A stretch of DNA of 64,000 bases from a bacterium (GTDB lineage: Bacteria; Actinomycetota; Acidimicrobiia; Spongiisociales; ZC4RG35), in NCBI GenBank assembly GCA_028823995.1, contig JAPPFD010000031.1, positions 123,877-187,876 on the forward strand, in the 5' to 3' direction. The notes below the pieces were generated by a model. That model was not told where the DNA came from. It saw only the letters and a list, made by a program, of their open reading frames with translations, and did no database searches. Below are positions 47,391-56,492 of this stretch, piece after piece; the stretch's first letter is position 1, and each line of letters starts with the position of its first letter. Position numbers and translations under genes: made by a program.

Positions 47391-48305
47391 ATGGGTTCCA
47401 TTGTGACAGTGACAGGTGAGGTGCCCAGCACGGACATCGGCGCAGTACTGATGCACGAGCACATCATGTGTGATCTCTACCGGATCTCTGGTTTCCCGGA
47501 CCATCAACTCAACGATGTCGATCTAGCTGTCAGTGAGCTTGGTCACCTGGATAAGACTCCGGTGCGGACGGTGGTCGATGTGACGAGTGTCGGACTGGGC
47601 AGAGATCTCCAGACTCTGCGACAAATCGCTATGGCCACGGGACTGAACATCGTTGCCGGATGTGGTTGGTACCGCGATCCTTACCTGCCACAGGACGTCT
47701 TCGATAAGACTTCCGACGAACTGGCCGACATCCTGGTCTCGGAGATAAACGGAGGGTCTGGCGACGGGTGGATTCGACCGGGGATCATTGGAGAAATAGG
47801 GGCGTACACGGATCCGATGTCTCCTGCGGAGGAGCGAGTCCTACGTGCAGGCGCGTTTGCACAAGTGGAGACGGGGGTCGCCTTGTATACGCACGCGGCC
47901 CGCAGCGCGGTTGGGATCGAGCAGGCCAGCATCCTGCTCGGAATGGGCGTTCCGCCCGAGCGGATAGTCATCGGCCACTCTGACACGTTCCCGCGGAAGG
48001 AGTACTGGTCGGAGTTGCTCGGCATGGGTGTCACCCTCGGATTCGACACTGTGAGGCCTCACTTTCCCTATGATGTCGAGGTCCGCATCGCCGGTCTGAT
48101 GTGGCTGGCGGAGCGAGGCTCCCTGGATCGTGTCGTGGTCTCCAACGACGTGTGCATTCGCTCACATCTCCGCGCGTACAACGGCGGGGGTTACCCGTAC
48201 TGCGCCACGGATTTCTTCGACTCTCTGCGAAGGGTCGGGTTCGGTGACCAGGAATTCCGCACGATCTTCCATGAGAACCCGGCCCGGCTTCTCGCTGTTC
48301 TGTAA
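47391..48305 (+). CDS. Phosphotriesterase-family (Php-like) amidohydrolase, paralogue 2
   Basis: About 70 % identical to paralogues 1 and 3, with the same ligand set HEH/YTHA/IGHSD/SND and Glu in place of Lys. Confidence 0.85.
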   Translation: MGSIVTVTGEVPSTDIGAVLMHEHIMCDLYRISGFPDHQLNDVDLAVSELGHLDKTPVRTVVDVTSVGLGRDLQTLRQIAMATGLNIVAGCGWYRDPYLPQDVFDKTSDELADILVSEINGGSGDGWIRPGIIGEIGAYTDPMSPAEERVLRAGAFAQVETGVALYTHAARSAVGIEQASILLGMGVPPERIVIGHSDTFPRKEYWSELLGMGVTLGFDTVRPHFPYDVEVRIAGLMWLAERGSLDRVVVSNDVCIRSHLRAYNGGGYPYCATDFFDSLRRVGFGDQEFRTIFHENPARLLAVL

Positions 48306-48308
48306 GCC

Positions 48309-50252
48309 ATGACCGGGGCAGAGCAAGGATCCCAAGACGGCGGCCGCCCGCCGACGCTGGAGATCAGCGATTTGACTTTGTCTCTCGAGGGAGTCGGCGC
48401 CGATCCCGTGGACTTGGTCAAGGGCGTCAGCCTGGAAATCTCCCAGGGCCAGTGCCTCGGGTTGGTCGGAGAGTCCGGGGCGGGGAAGAGCCTGACAGCC
48501 AAGGCCATTGTGGGACTCCTGCCCAGGGGGATCAGCGTCTCGCGCGGTTCGATCAGGGTCGGCGGGCAGCCTCTGACGTCCTCGCAAGTCAACTGGCGGG
48601 AAATCCGGGGCGTACTGGTCGGGACCATTTTCCAGGACCCCATGTCCAGCCTCAACCCGGTCATGAGAATACGGACCCAGGTGGAGGAGGTGATCAAGGC
48701 ACATTTGACCCTCAACAGGCATGAACGGGACCAACGAGTGGTCGAGTTGATGGAAGCCGTGGACCTTCCCGGTCACAAGGGCTTCCTGTCCCGCTACCCG
48801 CATGAGCTGTCGGGCGGCCAGCAGCAGAGGGTGGCGATCGCCATGGCCATTGCCTGCGATCCGTTGCTATTGATCGCCGATGAAGCGACAACCGCCCTGG
48901 ATGTCCGCACCCAGGCCCAAATCCTGAGGCTGCTCAGGTCCCTCGTGGATGACTTGGGACTAAGCATGCTGCTGGTTACTCACGACATGGGGGTCATCGC
49001 CGGCGTTTCGGATCGACTGGCGGTGCTCTACTCAGGACGTGTCGTCGAAAGGGGCAGGACTCCCGACGTCCTGTCCAATCCTCACCATCCCTACACGAGT
49101 GGCCTCATCGAAAGTTGCCCTCTCGATCTCAAGGGCGGGTTCCGGACCGAGGTCCGGCCCATCATGGGGACGGCGCCGATCGACGCGGAGTCGATCTGGG
49201 ACAAATGCGTCTATGCGCCCCGCTGCTCCCGAGCCGAGAGCAAGTGTCGAAGTCACTCTCCGCCAATGGAGGATTACGGAGAGTTGCATGGCGCCGCATG
49301 CTTCTATCCGTTGGGGGATGTACCAGGAGACGAATCACCCGCGACATCGGGTGAGGTGGATACAGGCCCCCTGACGTCATCCGGACCGGCCCTTCTCACC
49401 ACGGCGGCACGCGGACCGGGGTCGCCGCCGCAGAATGGAAAAGGAGCAGAAGGCACCAACGATGTAATCGTGCAAGCGACCGGACTAACCGTCTCCTACA
49501 GGGAAGGGCGCACATTCTCCTACAGCCGGAAGGCTGTCCCGGCCGTTCAGGAGTTCGACCTTGAATTGAGGAAGGCTGAGACCGTGGCGGTGGTGGGAGA
49601 GTCGGGAAGCGGTAAATCAACCGTCGCCCGCGCCCTGATACGGCTGGAGCCAAACAACGCGGTGGTGGAGGGGCGACGCCAAATCCTCGGCGCCGACCTG
49701 GATGAACTGGGTAGGGGCGCCCTGCGGGGCATGCGCCGGAGGGCACAGATAATCTTTCAGGATCCCTACGGAAGCCTCAACCCGCGGCGCAGGGTTGTCG
49801 ACCTCCTGATGGAAGGCCCTCGCGCGCACGACCTTGAGTCCTCCGATCCGCCCTTGGATCGAGCCGGACAGTTACTGGAACGCGTCGGTTTGGATCCGTC
49901 CTTCGCCGACCGGTATCCACACCAGATGTCGGGCGGTCAACGCCAGAGGGTGGCGATCGCCCGGGCGCTTTCCCTGGAGCCCCAGGTCCTGATTTGCGAC
50001 GAACCGGTTTCGGCGCTGGATGTCAGCATCCAGGCCCAGATACTGGAACTCCTGGCGTCACTGGCCCGCCAGGAGGGACTGGCGTTCGTTTTCATAACTC
50101 ATGACTTGGGAGTGATGAACATGCTCGCCGACAGGGTCATCGTGATGAAAGAAGGAAAAACCGTCGAGACCGGCATGGTCGAGGAGGTACTCGCTCGGCC
50201 GAACACCCGATACACCAGAGAACTCATCCAAGCCAGTCTGGTTGCGATATGA
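48309..50252 (+). CDS. Fused tandem ABC ATPase (DppD-DppF-like), two nucleotide-binding domains
   Basis: Two Walker A motifs ('GESGAGKS', 'GESGSGKS'), two signatures ('LSGGQQQRV', 'MSGGQRQRV'), 647 aa. Confidence 0.9.
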   Translation: MTGAEQGSQDGGRPPTLEISDLTLSLEGVGADPVDLVKGVSLEISQGQCLGLVGESGAGKSLTAKAIVGLLPRGISVSRGSIRVGGQPLTSSQVNWREIRGVLVGTIFQDPMSSLNPVMRIRTQVEEVIKAHLTLNRHERDQRVVELMEAVDLPGHKGFLSRYPHELSGGQQQRVAIAMAIACDPLLLIADEATTALDVRTQAQILRLLRSLVDDLGLSMLLVTHDMGVIAGVSDRLAVLYSGRVVERGRTPDVLSNPHHPYTSGLIESCPLDLKGGFRTEVRPIMGTAPIDAESIWDKCVYAPRCSRAESKCRSHSPPMEDYGELHGAACFYPLGDVPGDESPATSGEVDTGPLTSSGPALLTTAARGPGSPPQNGKGAEGTNDVIVQATGLTVSYREGRTFSYSRKAVPAVQEFDLELRKAETVAVVGESGSGKSTVARALIRLEPNNAVVEGRRQILGADLDELGRGALRGMRRRAQIIFQDPYGSLNPRRRVVDLLMEGPRAHDLESSDPPLDRAGQLLERVGLDPSFADRYPHQMSGGQRQRVAIARALSLEPQVLICDEPVSALDVSIQAQILELLASLARQEGLAFVFITHDLGVMNMLADRVIVMKEGKTVETGMVEEVLARPNTRYTRELIQASLVAI

Positions 50253-50950
50253 ATCGTCCTTCGACACAGCTTCCCCAATCCAACGATCCCATGTACCGGA
50301 CGCTGGAAGACTTTGCATACAACACCATCCGTGAAGCGATCCTGCATGGGGAACTGAAACCCGGGGAGAGGATTCTGCTCAAGGACCTGGAGGCCACGTA
50401 CCGAATCAGCCGCACCCCGATCCGCCAAGCTCTGAGGCGACTGTCCGAGCGTGGATACGTCACTCTGCAACCGCATTCCTCCATGCGGGTGCGGCCCCTG
50501 AGCCCGGAGGAACTGAACGAGCTTTACGCCCTACGCCGGGCGATCGAACCGATAGCAATCGCGGAGGGTATCAAGAGAGCTGACGACTCCGTCATGGCCT
50601 TCCTGGATTCCCTCCTCGGGGAAATGCATGCTGCCACGGAAAGGGAGGACCGCGTGAGTCTCATCGGGCTCAACAGCAAGTTCCACAGGTCGATGTATGA
50701 GCCCTCCGGAATGCCTCACCTGCTTTCCATGTATGACAGGCTGGTGGGCATCTGCGAGCGTTATCAGTGGACCCAAGCGAACGCGCCCGTCACCGAACTC
50801 AGAGGCGACCGCCGGCATCACGAAGAGATCATGGACGCCTATCGCCGCAGGGACGAGGGTCGGGCCATCGACCTGATTCAAATCCACCTGGAGCAGGCCC
50901 GCGAGGCCATCCTGAGACATCTGAGTTCCCGGGGAGCCCTGGCGCCATGA
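50249..50950 (+). CDS. GntR-family (FadR/FCD subfamily) transcriptional regulator
   Basis: Winged HTH 'ILLKDLEATYRISRTPIRQALRRLSERGYV' plus an FCD effector domain. Confidence 0.85.
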   Translation: MNRPSTQLPQSNDPMYRTLEDFAYNTIREAILHGELKPGERILLKDLEATYRISRTPIRQALRRLSERGYVTLQPHSSMRVRPLSPEELNELYALRRAIEPIAIAEGIKRADDSVMAFLDSLLGEMHAATEREDRVSLIGLNSKFHRSMYEPSGMPHLLSMYDRLVGICERYQWTQANAPVTELRGDRRHHEEIMDAYRRRDEGRAIDLIQIHLEQAREAILRHLSSRGALAP

Positions 50951-52344
50951 CGGAGAGGAGCTGTCGGGAGTTCGACGCCGCCAATCGCCACCTGAACGCC
51001 TTCGTAGCGGTGCGTCACACCTCCGAAGGCCGCCAGGACTCGACAGGCCCCGCCCCGGCCGGCGATTCGGAGATCCGCCGCTCGTGGGGAGACGATCGAG
51101 GGAGGACGCTGGCTGTGAAGGACAACATAGCCGTGGAGGGATTCCCGTTGGCCGCGGGTCTCGGCGTTCCGGTGCTTTCCCAGGACGAAACGGTCTCCGC
51201 CGCGTGGGTCGAGTGGCTGGTTGGCCGGGGGTTTGTGATCTTGGGCAAGGCCAATATGTATGAACTCGGTTACGGCGCCCCAGGCTGCGGGTTGCCTCCG
51301 GCGGTGAATCCGTGGGACCACTCCCTGATTCCCGGTGGAAGCTCGAGCGGCTCAGCCGTGGCCGTGGCGGCGGCGCTGTGCGCGGCGGCTCTGGGCACGG
51401 ATGCAGCCGGATCCGTCCGGATCCCAGCGGAGTATTGCGGGGTTCTCTCCTACAAGCCGTCCGGGAAACAGGCTTGGCACAAAGACGGCATCTGGCCCGG
51501 ACCTTCCACTCTCGATGCCATCGGAATAATGACGCGAGACCTGGACCTTCTGGCCCAGGCCATCCCGTCCCAAAGCGGCCGCGGCGAAGGAGACGACAGC
51601 CACGGTACCCGTGCACCTTCGGACTCCGGGCGGGACACCCTTTGCATCGGGATCCTGGATCTCGACGGTGAAGATGTGGACGACGATCATGCTCTGATAC
51701 TGGAGGAGGTACGAGCCTGGGCGGAAGATCGCGGCTTTGCCACATTGAGCGTGCAACTGCCAGGTCTGGGGAGCCGCGTCCGGGATGCGATCTGGAAGAT
51801 ATTTGCCTACGAGTACTCCCGCGCTCTCGAGTTGCATCTCACCGAAGAGGCCAGGGCGGTGCTGTCCGCCCCTTCCCGCCAGTTGCTTGCCGACGGTCCC
51901 AGGACCACCGCCGAGGAGTATTCGGGAGCGTTGGACGCCCGGCTCCGGCTGCAGCGCCGATACGCCGAGGAACTGAGCGACTGTCATGCGGTCGTGACCC
52001 CCGTCACTCCGGTACGGCCCTATTCCCTGACCTGGTCTCGCGCCTTTGCTCAATGCGAGGAGGACGAGGTCTCCGGGAGTCCGATCGATCTGTCAAACGT
52101 CGAAGCCTTACTGACCAGGAAGACCCGGTACACCGCGCCGATCAACCTGGTCGAGTACCCGACGCTGACCCTTCCCATGCGCCTTCATAGGGATGGCCTA
52201 CCGGTGGGAATCCAGATTGCCTCGGTTCCTGAACACGAGCCTGAGATGTGGGGCATCGCCCAAAGGATGTGGCAGGACCTCGGTCCGCAAGCACAACGCA
52301 AGGATGGGCGAGCCAGGTTGTACGGCAGCTTTGCGGATATGTAG
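50947..52344 (+). CDS. Amidase-signature (AS) family amidase
   Basis: 'GGSSSGSAVAVAA' AS motif with the catalytic Ser, Lys in 'LAVKDNI'. Start at ATG 50947 (ATGA overlap with the GntR gene), and the track's 50767 start is an extension. Confidence 0.85.
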   Translation: MTERSCREFDAANRHLNAFVAVRHTSEGRQDSTGPAPAGDSEIRRSWGDDRGRTLAVKDNIAVEGFPLAAGLGVPVLSQDETVSAAWVEWLVGRGFVILGKANMYELGYGAPGCGLPPAVNPWDHSLIPGGSSSGSAVAVAAALCAAALGTDAAGSVRIPAEYCGVLSYKPSGKQAWHKDGIWPGPSTLDAIGIMTRDLDLLAQAIPSQSGRGEGDDSHGTRAPSDSGRDTLCIGILDLDGEDVDDDHALILEEVRAWAEDRGFATLSVQLPGLGSRVRDAIWKIFAYEYSRALELHLTEEARAVLSAPSRQLLADGPRTTAEEYSGALDARLRLQRRYAEELSDCHAVVTPVTPVRPYSLTWSRAFAQCEEDEVSGSPIDLSNVEALLTRKTRYTAPINLVEYPTLTLPMRLHRDGLPVGIQIASVPEHEPEMWGIAQRMWQDLGPQAQRKDGRARLYGSFADM

Positions 52345-53303
52345 AAAGGCGGCATCAAATACTCAAGGCATCCGGTCAAAGGTTCCTGCAGGCGATCCCT
52401 GTTCTGCTGATAGCGTCGGCGGTTCTCTTCTTCGCCATGAGATTGGCCCCGGGTGATCCGGTGCTGGCGATGTACGGTGGCCAAATTGGGGTGTCACTTG
52501 AAGAGTTGGACGCGGCGCGAGAGAGACTCGGTTACAACGATCCGATGCTGGTGCAATACGGACGGTGGCTCTCTGACATAGTCAGGGGCGAATTGGGCAA
52601 CTCGGTGGTGAATGGACTTCCTGTCGAACAGGTCATCGCCGAGAAGATCTGGCCGTCGGCGCAATTGGCGATCGTAGCCCTGATCCTGTCGGTCTTCATC
52701 GCGGTTCCCGGCGGGGTATTGGCGGCGCTTCGGCGTGGAAGCCTGATTGACCGGTTCCTCACCGGCTTTGTCAGCGCGGGGATAGCGATACCGCAGTTCT
52801 GGCTGGGAATCATGCTGATTCTGGTTCTGGCGATCCAGTTTCAGATCTTCCCGGCCTCCGGCTACGTCTCGCCTGCCGAGGGCCTCGGAGAGTGGGCCAT
52901 GCACATCGCATTGCCTTCGCTGACGCTGGCCATAACCCTGGCTGCGCCCACGGCGAGGTTCGTGAGGTCAAGCATGCTCGACGTCCTTTCGGAACAGTTC
53001 GTGGACGTGGCGAAGGCCAAGGGGCTGTCCGGTCGCCGCGTCATCTGGGTACATGCCTTGCGAAATGCGCTACTGCCGGCTTTGACGATCGTCGGCTTGC
53101 AGGCAGGCACGCTGATGGGTGGCGCCGTCCTGATCGAATGGGTTTTCGGGTTTCCGGGCTTGGGGTGGCTCCTGGTCAACGCCGTTACAGCAAGGGACTA
53201 TCCGGTCTTGCAGGCATCCCTTCTCCTCTTTGTAACGGCTTTTCTGCTTGTCAATTTCCTGGTTGATCTCTTCTACCGGGTTCTTGATCCGAGGTTGAGA
53301 TGA
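52248..53303 (+). CDS. ABC permease (DppB-like)
   Basis: 'LAPGDP' N-terminal motif, 6 TM helices, EAA-like loop. Start is uncertain: only GTG 52248 or 52269 are in frame, and both overlap the amidase 3' end by ~75-95 nt. Confidence 0.75.
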   Translation: MGHRPKDVAGPRSASTTQGWASQVVRQLCGYVERRHQILKASGQRFLQAIPVLLIASAVLFFAMRLAPGDPVLAMYGGQIGVSLEELDAARERLGYNDPMLVQYGRWLSDIVRGELGNSVVNGLPVEQVIAEKIWPSAQLAIVALILSVFIAVPGGVLAALRRGSLIDRFLTGFVSAGIAIPQFWLGIMLILVLAIQFQIFPASGYVSPAEGLGEWAMHIALPSLTLAITLAAPTARFVRSSMLDVLSEQFVDVAKAKGLSGRRVIWVHALRNALLPALTIVGLQAGTLMGGAVLIEWVFGFPGLGWLLVNAVTARDYPVLQASLLLFVTAFLLVNFLVDLFYRVLDPRLR

Positions 53304-54151
53304 ACTTCTGGAAAACCATGGTCACCCGGGACCGCGTGGCGCTGGTGGCGGCTGTCATCCTCGGTCTCATCGCGGTGTTCGCGCTGATTTGGCCGTTTGT
53401 CAGCCCCTACGGCCCTCGAGAGATCCATGCCGACGCCGCCTTGAGCGGCCCGTCGGCCCGGTTTTGGCTGGGCACTGATGACACCGGGCGCGACATGGTG
53501 ACCCTGCTCGCCCATGGGGCCCGAATCTCCCTGGGGATTGCCGTGGCGGCCGAGATACTGGCTGTGATTTCCGGCGTCCCGCTGGCCATGATGGCGGGGT
53601 TGCTGGGAGGCATCGTCGACAGCATCATCATGCGCACCACGGACGCCCTTCTGGGTTTTCCTGGCATCCTGATCGGGTTGATGGTGGTGACGCTGTTCGG
53701 AGCATCGCTGGCCACCTTGATGATTGCCATTGCGCTGATGACCGTGCCCTATCTGATCAGAGTCGTCAGGAACGCGGTTGTCGTCGAGAAGCAGAGGCTG
53801 TACGTGGTCTCATCGACTGCCCTTGGCGTCAAACCGGGGACCTTGCTGCGCAGGACGATCCTGCCCAACATCGTTTCGCCGCTGATAGTACAGGTGTCAT
53901 TCGGTCTGGCGGTAGCCATCCTGACCGAGGCTTCATTGGGCTTTCTGGGCCTCAGCGTGCAGCCACCGGCCGCCTCATGGGGGACGCTTCTCCAGGTGGG
54001 TTACAGCTACATCCGCATCACACCGTGGCTGGTGTTATTTCCCGGCATTCTGATTTTCGTCAGCGTTTGGGCTTTGAACACCCTCGGCGACGCGGGGCGC
54101 GATGTGTTGGACCCCCGCCTGCGAGACACTGTTGAGCAGGGCGCCCGGTAG
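53300..54151 (+). CDS. ABC permease (DppC-like)
   Basis: 6 TM helices, 'ASLGFLGLSVQPP' DppC-type EAA loop. Confidence 0.85.
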   Translation: MNFWKTMVTRDRVALVAAVILGLIAVFALIWPFVSPYGPREIHADAALSGPSARFWLGTDDTGRDMVTLLAHGARISLGIAVAAEILAVISGVPLAMMAGLLGGIVDSIIMRTTDALLGFPGILIGLMVVTLFGASLATLMIAIALMTVPYLIRVVRNAVVVEKQRLYVVSSTALGVKPGTLLRRTILPNIVSPLIVQVSFGLAVAILTEASLGFLGLSVQPPAASWGTLLQVGYSYIRITPWLVLFPGILIFVSVWALNTLGDAGRDVLDPRLRDTVEQGAR

Positions 54152-54188
54152 ACCGGAGGCTCACACCCCGGTCATGGGTGACAAAGGG

Positions 54189-55214
54189 TCAAACTGCAGC
54201 CGCCATCTCCTGCAGGGTCCTGTGGAAGGCGCTCGGCACCAGGATCCCGTTGCTGATGGATTCCCGGCGGGCCGCGTAGCGCCGTTCGGAAGGTAAGCGG
54301 GTTCCTTCCTGGGCGAGCACCCGGCCAAAGAGCTTCTCAGAGTGGCTGAGCGGACTCTGTGTATCCGCGTGGAAGTGTGTCGGGTCGATCGCAATGATCA
54401 GCTCTCCTCCCAATGGCGGCATGTCTTCGCGGGGATCGGTCTCTGTTGCCTCGAAGCTGAATGGGGCGCCGATCAACGCCCCGGCAAGCAGTTCGACCAT
54501 CAGGGCGAGGGCAGCGCCCTTGTAGCCGCCGAACGGCAACTGAGAGCCCTTCAGGCCTTCCTCAGGGTCGGAAGTCGGGTTGCCGTCCGCGTCGATGGCC
54601 CATCCCGGGGGTATGGGTTTCCCGTCTCGGTGATGGAGCAGGAGGTCTCCCCGGGAACTCGCGCTGGAAGCCTGATCGAATACCAAGGGTGGAGCGCCGT
54701 CGCGGGGCCAACCGAAGGCCATCGGGTTGGTGCCGTACACCCGCTGGGTTCCTCCGGCCGGAGCCACGAAGGCCATGTACTGGGTGAAGGCGAATGAGAC
54801 AAGGCCTTGCTCTGCCAACCACTCCACCTCGGGCCAGAGCGCTGCTACGTGATAACAATTCACAATGGAGACCGCAGCGATCCCATTTGCCTTTGCCTTT
54901 TGGACAAGCCGTTCGATGCCTACCTGGATCGCCAGGGGGGCATAACCCCGGTTGGCGTCGACTCTCGCCAAACCCGGAGAGATGTCTCGAGTCTTGGGAA
55001 CCGCCGTTCCATTCACTTTGCCGTCTTCGAGACCCTTCACATAGAAGGGCACCCGGAACAGACCATGAGCTTTACAATCGTCGCGCTCCGCCGCGGTGAT
55101 GGTTCGAGCCACGGCGTCGGCGTTCTCCGCAGATGCTCCATTCACCACCAGAGCAGCTCTTGCGAGTTGATGGACTTCTTCGAGAGATACTCTTACTAGG
55201 TCATTCTCAGGCAT
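54189..55214 (-). CDS. Ldh_2-family (malate/L-lactate dehydrogenase type 2) NAD(P)H oxidoreductase
   Basis: 341 aa, 'ITAAERDDCKAHGLFRVPFYV' catalytic His region typical of COG2055 (pyrroline/piperideine-2-carboxylate reductase, sulfolactate dehydrogenase). Confidence 0.8.
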   Translation of the reverse strand: MPENDLVRVSLEEVHQLARAALVVNGASAENADAVARTITAAERDDCKAHGLFRVPFYVKGLEDGKVNGTAVPKTRDISPGLARVDANRGYAPLAIQVGIERLVQKAKANGIAAVSIVNCYHVAALWPEVEWLAEQGLVSFAFTQYMAFVAPAGGTQRVYGTNPMAFGWPRDGAPPLVFDQASSASSRGDLLLHHRDGKPIPPGWAIDADGNPTSDPEEGLKGSQLPFGGYKGAALALMVELLAGALIGAPFSFEATETDPREDMPPLGGELIIAIDPTHFHADTQSPLSHSEKLFGRVLAQEGTRLPSERRYAARRESISNGILVPSAFHRTLQEMAAAV

Positions 55215-55404
55215 GTGATCATCCCTCCTCGGAAAGCCTTCCGTTAGAGCCTACCCGTACGGTCGAGTCGTTGCCGGGTCCCGCTCCTGTTATTGCCGAC
55301 ACCCAAGCTCAACGGGTTGATTCACGCCTGTCCCGAAGCCGGGAAGGTCGTGTCGGAGGCCACCAGGCCGATGCGGCCCCGGCTGCGAGCTTATAGTTCC
55401 GGCC

Positions 55405-56319
55405 ATGGGTTCCATCATGACCGTGACCGGTGAAGTGCCGGCTGCCGAAGTCGGCGCCGTCCTCATGCATGAGCACATCATGTGTGATCTGTACCGCGTG
55501 AGCCTCAACTCGGATCACCTGCTCGATGACGTCGACCTTGCCACCAGAGAGATTCGCCATCTGCAGGCCACTCCGGTGCGAACAGTGGTTGACGTGACCA
55601 GCGTGGGTCTGGGGAGGGATCTTGAAACGCTGCGGAACATCGCTTTGCAGACCAATATCAACATTGTCGGTGGATCAGGGTGGTACCGCGACCCCTTCTT
55701 CCCGCAGGAGGTCCTTGACAAGACCTCGGACGGGCTGGCGGAGGTGCTGATCTCCGAGATTGAAGACGGGCTCCAGGGCAGTGGAATACGACCGGGGATC
55801 ATCGGGGAGATCGGAGCTCTCCGGAGGCCGATGTCTCCGGCGGAAGAACGGGTGCTGCGCGCCGGGGGATTCGCCCAACTAGAAACGGGAGTCTCGATAT
55901 ACACGCATGCCGCCCGGAGCACGGTCGGGATAGACCAGGCCAGGATCCTGGTCAGGATGGGTGTTCCGGCCGACCGGATAGTCATCGGCCACTCCGATAC
56001 GGTGCCCCGGAAGGAGTATTGGGCGGAACTGCTGGACATGGGTGTCACGCTCGGGTTCGACACCGTGAGACCGCACTTCCCTTATGACCTGGAGGTTCGC
56101 GTGGCGGCCTTGGAGTGGCTGGCTGAACGCGGTGCCTTGGACCGGGTCGTCATCTCCAACGACGTGTGCTTCCGATCCCATCTGCGCGCCTTCGACGGCG
56201 GTGGTTACCCATTCTGCGCCACCGACTTCTTCGACTCCCTGCGACAAGTCGGGTTCGGAGACCAGGAGTTTCAGACGATATTCTGTGACAACCCGGTCCG
56301 GCTTTTGGAGCGGTCCTAA
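55405..56319 (+). CDS. Phosphotriesterase-family (Php-like) amidohydrolase, paralogue 3
   Basis: Same signatures as paralogues 1 and 2. Confidence 0.85.
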   Translation: MGSIMTVTGEVPAAEVGAVLMHEHIMCDLYRVSLNSDHLLDDVDLATREIRHLQATPVRTVVDVTSVGLGRDLETLRNIALQTNINIVGGSGWYRDPFFPQEVLDKTSDGLAEVLISEIEDGLQGSGIRPGIIGEIGALRRPMSPAEERVLRAGGFAQLETGVSIYTHAARSTVGIDQARILVRMGVPADRIVIGHSDTVPRKEYWAELLDMGVTLGFDTVRPHFPYDLEVRVAALEWLAERGALDRVVISNDVCFRSHLRAFDGGGYPFCATDFFDSLRQVGFGDQEFQTIFCDNPVRLLERS

Positions 56320-56492
56320 ATGGTGGCCGCAGCTCCCCGGCCGCCAACATCCCGGGGGGTAATCAGGAATTTTGGCTTTACCCGATTTGGTGGATTCTGG
56401 TACGGTTGGGGCTAAGGGGGACTGGCCAGTTCCTACGCGCGCGCGAAGTGGTTATGGGGCCGCTTGAGGGGTTGTCTATCCCGGGGTCACGA

